From a virus (taxonomy: Duplodnaviria > Caudoviricetes), in IMG/VR virus record IMGVR_UViG_3300029976_000159, positions 53,976 to 117,975 of that record: a stretch of 64,000 nucleotides of DNA; one strand, given 5' to 3'. A program made the translations under genes and the position numbers. The notes below the pieces were generated by a model that was given only the letters and a program-made list of their open reading frames with translations, made no database searches and was not told the DNA's origin. Below are positions 40,796 to 50,597 of this stretch, in pieces. How positions within the stretch are numbered: position 1 is the stretch's first letter; each line of letters starts with the position of its first letter.

Positions 40796-41818
40796 TTAAT
40801 ATTTTAATGCTTTATAGAGAATAGCTAACAAATTACCCTTGGCAATTTCACCTTCAAAATCTGTCCATGCGTCAGGTGTCGTAACAATGCCCTTATCGCA
40901 TAAACTATCCAAATGATTGCGTCCCCAGTGGTCGGTTGTTCTGCCCTGATATTGTGCCAACATTCCGCTTGTAATTTTGTCGATTAAAGCGAGAACCAAG
41001 GCTTTTGAAATCGAGCTGTCAAGCGTGGGTATCCACTGCTCTTTGTCTGTGATTACTCCTTTGCCGCAAAGACTTATTACATGAGGCTGCGCCCAATGTA
41101 TCGCGGAATTAGCTTCATCACTTGCCCAAGTTCCACCCGTAGATTTGTCTATAAGAGCAATCGCTTGCGCTTTAGTAACTGGCGCATTGTAATCGCCCCA
41201 AATTTCTGTATTAGCAATTAATCCTTTATTTATAAAATATTCTAAATAAGTATCGTAGATATTTATGGATTTTTCTTCTTCCTAAGCAATACTCCACTTA
41301 GGTCTTCCGTAACCCAATATGCGGCTGTAGCCGAGTGTGTATGATTTCTGCGCAACCGCCCCACCGTTTGCAACTACTCCAGCTGTAGACGATGTATTTC
41401 CCTCAACTGTATAAACTTTGCCGTTCGCAACTTTTATAACTATTCCCGTATGTGTTGATTCCGCGCCTTTATAAAAGAAAATTACATCTCCAGGTTCGGG
41501 TGAAGTATGCCAAGCGCCATTATTTTTAAAGTGCTGTACTCCATAAGGGCAATACGCATAATGCCCGTAAAGCATTTTTTCCGCTTTGTCTGCACCAAAC
41601 ACATATGCAAAACAGCACGACACAAACATTGCGCACCAAGGTTGTCCCTGATAAACATTCACGCTCTCTCCGAAAAAACTACAATAATCTCTTGCAAATC
41701 TTGTATAATTCGCACTTCCAGCGTTAGCTGTAAAATCATCAAGATAGCTATTGGAACGTTTTTCCAAATAGCCCGTCCATGATTTTGCATTGTTTAACAA
41801 ATCATTGATAACACTCAT
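40796..41818 (-). CDS. Endolysin: CHAP domain plus three SLH-like cell-wall-binding repeats (340 aa, TAG in the linker)
   Basis: PWCAMFVS, HTGIV, TVEGNT, GYGRP; TAG at 41282 then in-frame repeats (HW...L..KG(V/I)). Confidence 0.88.
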
Positions 41819-41879
41819 TTATATCCTCCTTTCTTATTGTTGTAGTACTAAGATTGTATCTAATTAATTAAATATCGTT

Positions 41880-42185
41880 CTATTTTGTGTATACTGTTGT
41901 TGCGCCTTTAATGCCCGTTGCTCTTATACTTGAAAGACCAGTCTTATTATGTATATCATTTTCAGGTACTTCGAGATTTGAATTAGACAAAGTAAATTTA
42001 CTTAATTCTGAATTTGTAAAATCCTTTTTTGAATTACGTTTCTCTGCTCTTATTCGTTTTCCAGCTCTTATAATAGCTTCTTCGCTTACACAAATCATTT
42101 TCTTAATTATATCCTTTCTAAAAATCGCCTTTGGTAGCTTTATTATATCAAAAAAATTTTTACTTGTCAAGTTAGCCCTCTTCAT
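41880..42185 (-). CDS. Hypothetical basic protein
   Basis: ORF overlapping the end of the holin-like gene; ends in TAG, so likely a few codons longer. Confidence 0.45.
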   Translation of the reverse strand: MKRANLTSKNFFDIIKLPKAIFRKDIIKKMICVSEEAIIRAGKRIRAEKRNSKKDFTNSELSKFTLSNSNLEVPENDIHNKTGLSSIRATGIKGATTVYTK

Positions 42186-42444
42186 ATCTATCTTCTACCG
42201 GCAATGGTTCACGGCTTATTTTTGTTACATTTTCTGCTTTAGCTTTATTACTATAAAAAGCAATTGCGATTCCGACCGGTGCGCCGATGTAGCTGAACAG
42301 TCCGCATAAAGCGGTAGGTATATATGTAATACTTGCCTCTTGGAGCAATTGAATGATTACATATATACCAAAAAACAAGCCTATGAAGTAAGTTAGCATA
42401 ACAAGACTGAGTATTATTTTTGAAAACTCAATTTTGTGTCGCAC
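42172..42444 (-). CDS. Holin-like two-TM protein
   Basis: EFSK...two hydrophobic helices...KAKAEN; upstream of the endolysin. Confidence 0.65.
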   Translation of the reverse strand: MRHKIEFSKIILSLVMLTYFIGLFFGIYVIIQLLQEASITYIPTALCGLFSYIGAPVGIAIAFYSNKAKAENVTKISREPLPVEDRYEEG

Positions 42445-42674
42445 GTTACTTAACTCCTTTATTTATAACTTTTTTAATAGTGTGACCTTTTGGATTTTAT
42501 TTTTTCACATTTTTAGACTATCCTCATATGTTGGTATACCTAATTCCCATAAGGTATAATCGCTTATATATTTAGCGTTACATTTATTATCATCCATCAC
42601 TTCTGCTGTATCGCGCGTAAGTGTATGTATCAATCCCATATTTGATTTAATATTATCGTCTATTCCTATGCCTA

Positions 42675-42812
42675 TCATTCGCTTTTCGTCCCCGTAATCT
42701 CCTTTGCTTCTTCTTCAGTAATCCATCCCTTAGAAACCGCGTTATTTACCATTTCCGCGTTCCAAAAGCCTTTATCATAGTACCGCTTTACTTTTTCGTA
42801 TTTCGCACTCAT
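42675..42812 (-). CDS. xkdX: XkdX family protein
   Basis: MSAKYEKVKRYYDKGFW...AVSKGWITEEEAKEITG. Confidence 0.75.
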   Translation of the reverse strand: MSAKYEKVKRYYDKGFWNAEMVNNAVSKGWITEEEAKEITGTKSE

Positions 42813-42967
42813 TCCGCCGCCTCCTCTTCTGCGTTATCCTCCGTGGGAATCTCAACATCCGCCATCATTGCCACATAGTCAAGCGTGGCGGATATTTTCT
42901 CTGTTTCCGCCACGTTATTGTCTACTGCGGTTTGTACAATTCCGTTTATGCCCTTTAATCGTTTCAT
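42809..42967 (-). CDS. Small tail-associated protein
   Basis: MKRLKG...LDYVAMMADVEI; overlaps the RT stop and the xkdX start. Confidence 0.6.
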   Translation of the reverse strand: MKRLKGINGIVQTAVDNNVAETEKISATLDYVAMMADVEIPTEDNAEEEAAE

Positions 42968-44010
42968 TCCGTTGCCTCCGTCCATAAATTTTTATAAAAC
43001 CTGTCCATATGCCTTACAACCTTCCAACTGTTGCCCTTTGCGGCATGATTTTTCCATGCCCTGTACATTTCATCCGCTTTATCCTTCGTCATTTCATCGC
43101 ATTTAACCTTTCTCACGATGCGCCGAAGCTTTCGTTTTTCATCTTGAACCTTTTTCTTGTCGATAAGCATAAGAACCTTGCCTGTGTCCGTAACTCTAAA
43201 TTTAAAGCCGAGAAACTTTATGCTCTGTTTTATCGGGTATATCCTCGTTTTTCTCTCGTGTAATTTAAATCCTCTCTCGCTCAGCCATTGTTCAATTATA
43301 TTACGGCAATACTTCAAGTAATCTTTATCCTCATGAAATAATACAAAATCATCCATGTATCTGACATAGTATTTAATATGTAATTTCTCTTTTATAATAT
43401 GGTCAAGCTTATCGGGGACGGAAATCCCCACAATCTGTACCATCTGGCTTCCCGGATTAAATCCCGTGTCTCCGGCATATTGTCCGTCCAAAACCTCCGC
43501 CGCGCGTTCATACACGCACGGTCTTAACTTTTCCCGAAACGTATCTTTTGCCGTATCATGCGGCATATTAGGATAATAACCTTTTATATCAAATTGTGCT
43601 ACGTAAAATTTTAATCCATGCTTAAAATACATCTTGCGCAAAAATTCCTTAAGCCTGTTTCGCGCGAGGTCTGTGCCTTTCCCTTTTTGGCAAGCCATAT
43701 TATCATAAATAAACGATTTGCACATAGTTGGATAGATTTCGTTATCATTTAAACTCCTCTGATATACCCTATCCCTGAATGCAATGCTCAAACATTCTCG
43801 CTTTTTCGGATGCGTAATCGTAAATTTGTGCGGCTCTCTTGCCTTATATGTGCCGTCCTTAAGCTGCTTTTCAAGTTTTAATGTTTCCTCAACGGCATTT
43901 AAATGATAATGTGCCGCTGATTGTTTCCATAAAACCCCGCATTTGCATTTATCTTCGGATTCATACAAAGCTTCAAATCCTATAATATTTTCTGTATCAT
44001 TATTATTCAA
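42964..44010 (-). CDS. DGR reverse transcriptase
   Basis: KGKGTD, FDIKGYY, GSQMVQ, YVRYMDDF, FLGF. Confidence 0.95.
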   Translation of the reverse strand: MNNNDTENIIGFEALYESEDKCKCGVLWKQSAAHYHLNAVEETLKLEKQLKDGTYKAREPHKFTITHPKKRECLSIAFRDRVYQRSLNDNEIYPTMCKSFIYDNMACQKGKGTDLARNRLKEFLRKMYFKHGLKFYVAQFDIKGYYPNMPHDTAKDTFREKLRPCVYERAAEVLDGQYAGDTGFNPGSQMVQIVGISVPDKLDHIIKEKLHIKYYVRYMDDFVLFHEDKDYLKYCRNIIEQWLSERGFKLHERKTRIYPIKQSIKFLGFKFRVTDTGKVLMLIDKKKVQDEKRKLRRIVRKVKCDEMTKDKADEMYRAWKNHAAKGNSWKVVRHMDRFYKNLWTEATE

Positions 44011-44189
44011 TAGTTATCTCCTTATGTAAAGTATCTCAGGCGCGTATAGCGAAATACCGTCATTGCGCACGGTTTCCGCGTCACCATCGTATATTTAGCC
44101 GTTATTGCCAACGGTCAGGGTCGCAGACTCCTTGCTTATATTTTCTGGTGCGCCGCCTCTATAAGACGGTTTCATGCCCCGTTAAATTT

Positions 44190-44314
44190 GCAATCCGGGC
44201 GTGCGCGCCACGCATTCGTCGCGTTGTTGTTGTTGATGTTGCCGGTGGCGTTGATGTTCCACGTATTGTACGCGTTGCCGCGATTAGCGGAGCGCAAGCG
44301 CACATTGCACGATG
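44190..44314 (-). repeat. DGR template repeat (TR)
   Basis: 125-nt AAC-rich copy of VR, between avd and RT. Confidence 0.95.
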
Positions 44315-44338
44315 TTAGTCTGTAACCCAAATATTATG

Positions 44339-44752
44339 TTATGTTATTTTACTGTATCTCTTTCGGTCAGCCTCATGCCACGCTTTTAAGGCATCCCGAG
44401 TTTTTATAATTTTTTCACCCCAGAATTTCAGTCGTTTGGTTTTGAAATGAAAAACCTTTTGCGCAAGCTGAATCTGCGGAAGCATTCTGTTGCATTTCCT
44501 TATTGCCCTTCTTTGAAGCTCACGGCGCGTTATCCAGTCGCCCGCTGTCGTGACGTATACGTTGTTCGCCTCGAACGCGTCATAGAATACACTTTGCGCC
44601 GCTTCGATAATGGGTGCAGTCACGCAGTCAAAATATTCATCCTTGAATACTTTTTTATTGCGCGTGATTTTTAATGTGTATACTGCTAATTCCTGAGCCG
44701 TAAGCAAAAAGTGCAATTTCGGCTTTGCCCGCTCTCCTTCTGGTACCGCCAT
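44339..44752 (-). CDS. avd: DGR accessory variability determinant (four-helix bundle)
   Basis: Basic, helical, 137 aa, EAN...R...Q and W...D motifs; lies between VR and TR. Confidence 0.8.
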   Translation of the reverse strand: MAVPEGERAKPKLHFLLTAQELAVYTLKITRNKKVFKDEYFDCVTAPIIEAAQSVFYDAFEANNVYVTTAGDWITRRELQRRAIRKCNRMLPQIQLAQKVFHFKTKRLKFWGEKIIKTRDALKAWHEADRKRYSKIT

Positions 44753-44785
44753 ATAATATATACCTCACTTTCGTTTGTAATTCCC

Positions 44786-44813
44786 ATCCCCCGCATCCGT
44801 GGGTGCGGGGGAT
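44786..44813 (-). promoter_or_regulatory. GC-rich hairpin/cruciform downstream of VR (DGR target recognition)
   Basis: ATCCCCCGCATCC-GT-GGGTGCGGGGGAT, 17 nt past the target stop codon. Confidence 0.75.
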
Positions 44814-44830
44814 TAATAGATGTAAAAGAT

Positions 44831-47185
44831 TCACACAAAGCAAGCCGGGCGTGCGCGCCACGCATACGTCGCGCTGGAGCTGTAGATGCCGCCGGTGGCG
44901 ACGATGCCCCACGTAATGCACGCGTAGCCGCGATAAGCGGAGCGCAAGCGCACATAGCACGATGATGTCTTTGCGTTCAGAGCGTAGCTCTTAAGTTCTG
45001 CGTATGTTTGCCACTGCGCATATTTGCCTGTTCTGCCGTTTGCGGCGGCAAGCTGCTTATAGAAATCCCATGCTTCGCCCTCTATACCCGAAATCTGCGG
45101 GGTTATGTACATCTGTTCGAGCGAGGGCAAAAATACCTTGTCGTACATTACGTCTGTCACACCGCTGTCGGTAACGGTATTTGTCGAATGTTGTACCTTT
45201 ATCGGTTTCATTGCCGCAATGAAATCCTCGGAATATCCTGCCAAAAATCCCGCGTATGTGTTAAGCTGCGATGGCGCTCTGTCCCATTTGTTCTGCTTTG
45301 TCCACCATTCGCCGACTTCTGCGGAGCTGTTGAGCCACTGACGCAACGCGCTGTACTTGTATCTGTTGTAGCCCAAGAACATACGCTGATAATGATTGAC
45401 ATCGCCCGTGCCGTCCGTTGCGCCGAGGTATGTGCCTGTTGCCGTGTCCTCTGTGACCTCGGTTAATGCAACGGTTTCAGTTGCCGTAAATGTGGTAGGG
45501 GACGCGAACACCTGTATATTTGTTCCCGCAAAATCCGAGGTATCCTGATTGCCGACAAGATAAAGCTGTTCACCCTCGGTTAAGTCGTTTTCAAGTGTAA
45601 AGCTGTAATATTTGCCGTTGCACGCGTAAGCCTTCCATGAGCTTGCTGTGCATACAAGCTTGAAATAATACGTACCCGCGCTCATTCCGCCCTCAGGCAC
45701 ATCGTACATTGCCTCACGCGCGTCAAACGGCATATCAAACGGCGTACAATATGCCCATTGTAAGAACATTCCTTTTGTATCCGCCGTAACTACCGCGCCG
45801 TCGGTATCCGTGCCTGTCTGCATGGTTTCGCTGTTTGAAAAATGCACCACATTCATAGGCACGTCCGTGTATGCGGTAGTTCCGGACGAACGCACATCCG
45901 ACCAATCCTCGGCGAGTTGGTCGCCAATGGAGAATGCTTTTGAGGCTTCTCCCGCGTCTGTAAGTTTTGAAATTGCTGCCCAAGAATTAAGCACACCGAT
46001 TGATGCTGCCAAAGCATTTACGCTAGTTGTTAAATCATTAATCTTTGCAGTTATTACTTGATTTTCTACTGGATTAGATGATTCATCCAAAAGCTCGGAA
46101 TCTACGATAGTTTTATTTGCGCCTTCCTCTATGCCATCAAGCTTTATCTTTTCCGCTGTGGTGTAACTTGCTGTCGTAGCGTCAAGGACGCTCTTGTTGC
46201 TGTGCGTGTGCGCCGATGCCGCAACCTCGTTTATCGCTCCCACAAGGGTTGCTGTTTCCGTTGTCGTAAGACTTGACATTGTTCCAATATCATGCGCTGC
46301 TTCACCCGCGTATGTTACGGCATTGTTCCATGAATTAACATCATCCATGGTAATACCTTTCGATTCGTCTCCGTAGATTACTGTGAACTCTGTCGCTTCA
46401 ATACTTCCGGGGAAAGACATTCCGGTTGCTGTCCCGCCGATTGCGTCCAGAACCGTCTTGTTGTCGTGCGTGTGCGCCTTATCGTATGCGATTTTGCCGT
46501 AATCGCCCCTGAATGCTGTTGAGGATGTTTCACCTAAAGCAAGCGATTCCGAAATTTCTACAAGTGTAGAACCCGACCATCTATATGTTTTGTTGGTATC
46601 AAGGTCAACATATATCTTTCCTGTTTCACCATCTATTTCTGTTGTATGTGCGCTGTCACTATATATTTTATCATTTGAAATATATCCTTCTACAACATCA
46701 TCCACGTAAGATGGTAATTGTGACGAGGGGACTTTGCCAGCAGCATCAAGTTCTGCTATACCGTTAGCTGTACCTTTATCACTGGCGGGAACAGCTTCAA
46801 CGTCTAAATAAGTCAATGTTATATCTTGGTCAAGAGTATAATCGTTTATTTTGCGACTTTTTTCAACAAGCGTTTCTAAGTCCATAGCTTGCTTAGTTGC
46901 AAGCGTTTCAATTTCAGATGCGTTATCATTAACTTGTTCCTGCAAATTACTTATATTATTGTCAACTGCTTCTGTAACTCCAACCCATTTGGAATTTTGT
47001 AATACGTATAATAACTGTGTGTCTTTAGCATAAACTATCATACCCTCATACGCACCATTTTCATCTATAAGCGCAGTTAAATCATCAGTTGTATCAACTA
47101 CTGCTCTTACATCCAACGGGGTTTTAGCCTAAAGTTTAAATCCAGAAGCAACGTTAATTCCTGTCATATTGTCAAATATTGCCAT
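44831..47185 (-). CDS. DGR target: tail fibre/receptor-binding protein with C-terminal CLec-like variable domain (784 aa, TAG at codon 19)
   Basis: MAIFDNMTGINVASGFKL*AKTPLDVR; GKVPSSQLPSYVDDV and HTH.NK fibre motifs; SALRQWLN, DKVFLPS, LRSA...RPA C-terminus containing VR. Confidence 0.88.
44840..44964 (-). repeat. DGR variable repeat (VR)
   Basis: Aligns to TR without gaps; 18 mismatches, all at TR adenines. Confidence 0.95.
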
Positions 47186-47206
47186 AATTTTCACCATCCT
47201 TCCATA

Positions 47207-48034
47207 TCAATGAGCGAATTTCATGTTAAACGCCGTAACGGTTGTCGCGTCCGAAACGTACACATAGTAATTCTGCGCCGTGCCGTCAAGTCCGGTAATT
47301 GAAACGGTAGACTGTGTAAACGTATCTGTGACATTGAATCCGTTCGGGTCTGTAATGGTCTTGATAACTCCGTTCGAAGCGGGTGTCGCAAATACCATCT
47401 TTTGGTTTGAAGCCGTGTAAGAGATGGTCTTTGTTCCCTTCGATTCAATCTTCTTGGTCAAAGCTTTAACCGCCGCCGCGTCTGCCGTGGCGTCCGCCGC
47501 AATGACACCGTAATAATACGGATAAACAAACGTAAATGTTCCGGTGTTCGCGCTTGTCACCTTGCCGTCCGAATCTGTAACCTTTGCCGTGAAGTTTTGG
47601 TTTGCCGAAACGGAGGTGGAAACGGTAAAAGTAAACGTTGCCGAGCCGTTTGAGTTAAGCGTTGACAAATCCGTGCCGGACTTAGATCCCAAAGAGGTAG
47701 AGCCGCTGAAAATCTCCACCTTTGTAATGGACGCGCTTTTCTTTGTGACGGAAACGGAAATCGAAGTAACCGTTTGAGCGTTGCCCTTTTCGTAAGTGCC
47801 GCCGTTTGCGGGTGAAACAACCTTTGCCGTCACCACAGGCGCAACCCACGGATACAGAATTTTTGTCAGCATTTCCGTAACGGGAACATCGGTAAAGGTA
47901 GCCCCTGCCGCAATACCGCCGTGCGCGCTGACAACGGGTGTCGAGTTTGTGTACTACGTAGCATTCTCTATTTCTGTTTTTATTTTTTCTATCGCTCGTT
48001 TTAAATTTCCAAGAGTCAAAAGTTTATATGCCAA
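47207..48034 (-). CDS. Ig-like-domain virion protein (275 aa, TAG at codon 27)
   Basis: TTG at 48034 with RBS, TAG at 47954, in frame with ORF 47207-47872; Thr/Ser-rich beta-strand pattern. Confidence 0.7.
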
Positions 48035-48052
48035 TTTATATCATCTCCTTTA

Positions 48053-48727
48053 TTAACCAAATACTTCTGTAAGCATTTCATCAACCTCAGTTTCTGTAGC
48101 TACAGAATCTTCACTTATTTTCGCGCTCATCTAATGATTACTATCAAGCGATAATAAAACATCAGCATCTTCTTCATTATACACGGTAACGTATTCAATT
48201 AATGAACCTACATTGATATACACCGGAGTTGCATTTGTATCATTTAGTACTAAACGTAAATAAGTACCAGCCGCAAGTCCTTCAACTTCACCAGCTTCTA
48301 ATTCAACAACCGAACCCTCCTATAACATCATGTCTTTTGGAATATTTATAATTCCAATGGTATTATTACCCTGTTTAAGCGTATAATCTAACGAACCATC
48401 CTCATGTTCTAATTCTATGGCGCTATTGGCTTCAAGACTACTTAAATCTACTGTGATACTTGGAACATCTGTTGAACTAAACGTTAATACCAAGTTATTA
48501 TTTTCATCTATATAACCACTTGCTATATGAACATTGGAACCTCCTACTGAAATCATTTGCCAAGACTTATTACCATCTAACATATATGTTTCTGAAGTAG
48601 AAATAACAAATGCGGTGCTACCTGTTTCGCAATTGGTAGGTAAAGTATCTACATCCGCTCTACGATCTACAACATATTGTTTAACGTTATATAAAGTCTA
48701 ACTGGCAAAATTAGTTAAATTCATCAT
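48053..48727 (-). CDS. Virion protein (224 aa, 3 in-frame TAG)
   Basis: ATG at 48727 with RBS; TAG at codon 10, at 48320 and near 48131; IPKDMML*EGSVV motif. Confidence 0.7.
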
Positions 48728-48815
48728 TTTGTCAAAACTCCTTTTCATCAAAATAATTCTCTACTAATTTTAAAATCTTGTTTATGTAAACTATCAAATA
48801 TTGCCCAAAAATTAG

Positions 48816-48871
48816 TTAAACCCATTTTTGTTTTGGGGTTGCGGTCTTGCCGAGCGCAAACGCTCGGGGCA
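48816..48871. repeat. GC-rich structured dispersed repeat, copy 2
   Basis: Aligns with 8391-8447; internal hairpin CCGAGCG/CGCTCGG. Confidence 0.6.
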
Positions 48872-48885
48872 GAAAATAACAAAAA

Positions 48886-48915
48886 TAGGGAGAACAAATA
48901 GTTTTGTTCTCCCTA
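48886..48915 (-). terminator. Rho-independent terminator after the suppressor tRNA
   Basis: TAGGGAGAACAAA/TTTGTTCTCCCTA stem followed by a U-run. Confidence 0.75.
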
Positions 48916-48927
48916 GAAATCTCGCAA

Positions 48928-48999
48928 CGGGGGACCAGAGGTTCGAACTCTGACGATGAGGGTTAGAGCCTCATGTGCTACCAATTACACCAATCCCCT
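48928..48999 (-). tRNA. Amber suppressor tRNA (anticodon CUA), Gln-like
   Basis: AGGGGATTGGTGTAATTGGTAGCACA-TGAGG-CT-CTA-AC-CCTCA-TCGTCAGAGTTCGAACCTCTGGTCCCCCG; G2-C71, G3-C70, G73, unpaired 1-72. Confidence 0.93.
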
Positions 49000-49131
49000 G
49001 CAGGAACAAGGCGCGATGGCTCTGACACTAAACGGTTTGTAGCGTACCGGTTGGTACCCGTTAAAAGACTTCTGTTAAATCTTCTTGCATATAACTTAAA
49101 AATATTTTGCTGATTTCGCGCCTTTATAAAA

Positions 49132-49347
49132 TTATATCACATATTTATTAATACTTGAATAAATATCATCTTCACACTCACACCAAATTTCTGACCATTC
49201 AAGCGAATATAACATACCCATAATAGATCTACCGCTCACGCAATGACCGCTTCCATCTTTAATCATAATGGGCTTTTGGATTGAATTTGCAATATCTACA
49301 AAGTTCTGAATATCACTTATTGTATCGAGTCTTATTTTTGCTTTCAT
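49132..49347 (-). CDS. HPr/Crh-like protein
   Basis: VSGRSIMGML matches the Ser46 motif of PTS HPr; His15 region absent. Confidence 0.7.
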   Translation of the reverse strand: MKAKIRLDTISDIQNFVDIANSIQKPIMIKDGSGHCVSGRSIMGMLYSLEWSEIWCECEDDIYSSINKYVI

Positions 49348-49371
49348 ATTTTTTATCCTTTCTATACTAAT

Positions 49372-49400
49372 ATTATAACAAAAAAATTTTTTAAAGTCAA
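49372..49400 (-). promoter_or_regulatory. Consensus promoter driving the HPr-like gene and the suppressor tRNA
   Basis: TTGACT-17-TATAAT with TG extension. Confidence 0.8.
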
Positions 49401-49563
49401 GGAAGTTTTCGGAGTTTTCTTAAAATTTTTCTCATAACCCCACAATTAACAATCGTATTCCCTCTTGCTTCTAATTTTTTTAAACGATTTTCTAGTTTCA
49501 ATTTTTCCATCAAAATTCTCCTTTTAATACCTTTAGCAGAAATTACGAGATTTAAACTCGTAT

Positions 49564-49640
49564 TGGTCGGGGTGACTGGATTTAAACCAGCGGCATTCCG
49601 GTCCCAAACCGGATGCTCTATCCAACTGAGCTACACCCCG
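49564..49640 (-). tRNA. tRNA-Pro(UGG), atypical T-loop
   Basis: CGGGGTG...TCCGG-TT-TGG-GA-CCGGA...CACCCCGACCA; T-loop TTTAAAT. Confidence 0.85.
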
Positions 49641-49694
49641 AAATTCACTAGACACACACAAACCATAAATTACTATTGCTGTAAGTGTCTAAAA

Positions 49695-49767
49695 CTGGGA
49701 TAGTAGGACTCGAACCTACGAGTGTCGGAATCAAAATCCGATGCCTTACCGACTTGGCTATATCCCA
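49695..49767 (-). tRNA. tRNA-Gln(UUG)
   Basis: TGGGATATAGCCAAG...TCGGA-TT-TTG-AT-TCCGA...GGTTCGAGTCC...TATCCCAG. Confidence 0.93.
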
Positions 49768-50011
49768 AAATAAAAGAATTATTAAAGTTCTTTTAATTAA
49801 TTATTTCTTTAAATAAATTAAATTGCCCCGTTAATTGTGTTATTTTATCTTTTGTGTATCAAAACTTTTTTCTTTATTGTTCTTGCGCTTTTATATTTTT
49901 TCTAATAGCAGTTTCATTTCTTTGCTGGTAAAATTTTTAGTTATCTTAACTTTCAAATATATAATATCAAAAAATTTTTATTTTTTCAACTTTTATTTTT
50001 CATTATATAAT

Positions 50012-50248
50012 TTAATGTCGCACAACATCCTTATCAATTTCTTTTACGTCTAATACCATATCAAGATAATCTTCAAACGGATAGCTGACTTCGCTTATCA
50101 AACGCATTTCAATCATTTCATTATACCTATTAGAAATAAAATCTAAAGCGTTCTGTTCAGTCGAAAACGCTCTAACGTTTTCTCCAGTATCCCAAACTAG
50201 CCAAACTTTACTCATAGTTGTCTCCTTCTTTTTATATATTTCAATCAA
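50012..50248 (-). CDS. Hypothetical protein
   Basis: ORF behind a promoter motif; likely starts at MSKVW. Confidence 0.5.
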   Translation of the reverse strand: MIEIYKKKETTMSKVWLVWDTGENVRAFSTEQNALDFISNRYNEMIEMRLISEVSYPFEDYLDMVLDVKEIDKDVVRH

Positions 50249-50342
50249 AGCTTTTATAAAAACCTTAAAGCATTTTTATAAATACGTTATTATTTATTAC
50301 ATATATATAATATAATAAAAATTTTAAAAAATCAAAATATCT

Positions 50343-50597
50343 TTATAAACCTAGCTGTTTTATTAAATCGTCAATTTCTTGTCTTTCTTCTTTGGTAATA
50401 ACAGGATTAGAAACCTCACTATTATTGTTGACGAAAAAAGTTTTAGGACAGGTTAATGAAATTGCTATCTGAACCTTTTCATTGCCATCTAAAGCATTAA
50501 TATACCATTTTTTACCATCAGTTCCCGCGTAATCAGTTCCAAAAGCAGAAATGATAGTATTAATCACTTTTTCCTTCGCTATTTGACCTCTTGCCAT
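50343..50597 (-). CDS. Hypothetical protein
   Basis: ORF with RBS, last gene of the operon. Confidence 0.6.
   Translation of the reverse strand: MARGQIAKEKVINTIISAFGTDYAGTDGKKWYINALDGNEKVQIAISLTCPKTFFVNNNSEVSNPVITKEERQEIDDLIKQLGL

Larger units (their letters stand above)
42675..44964 (-). mobile_element. Diversity-generating retroelement cassette (VR-hairpin-avd-TR-RT)
   Basis: All canonical components present in order; GC content higher than the flanks. Confidence 0.93.

Noticed and set aside
42964-44010. Group II intron or retron reverse transcriptase
   Set aside because: No maturase/endonuclease domain or msr-msd; the TR/VR pair and avd identify a DGR
31967-48727. Mass pseudogenisation of virion and lysis genes
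   Set aside because: All interruptions are TAG and never TAA/TGA, frames stay continuous, TAG falls at Gln-conserved sites, and a suppressor tRNA is present
48870-48927. HDV-like theta ribozyme at the 3' end of the suppressor tRNA
   Set aside because: The trailer is a simple terminator hairpin with a U-run; I could not build the double pseudoknot
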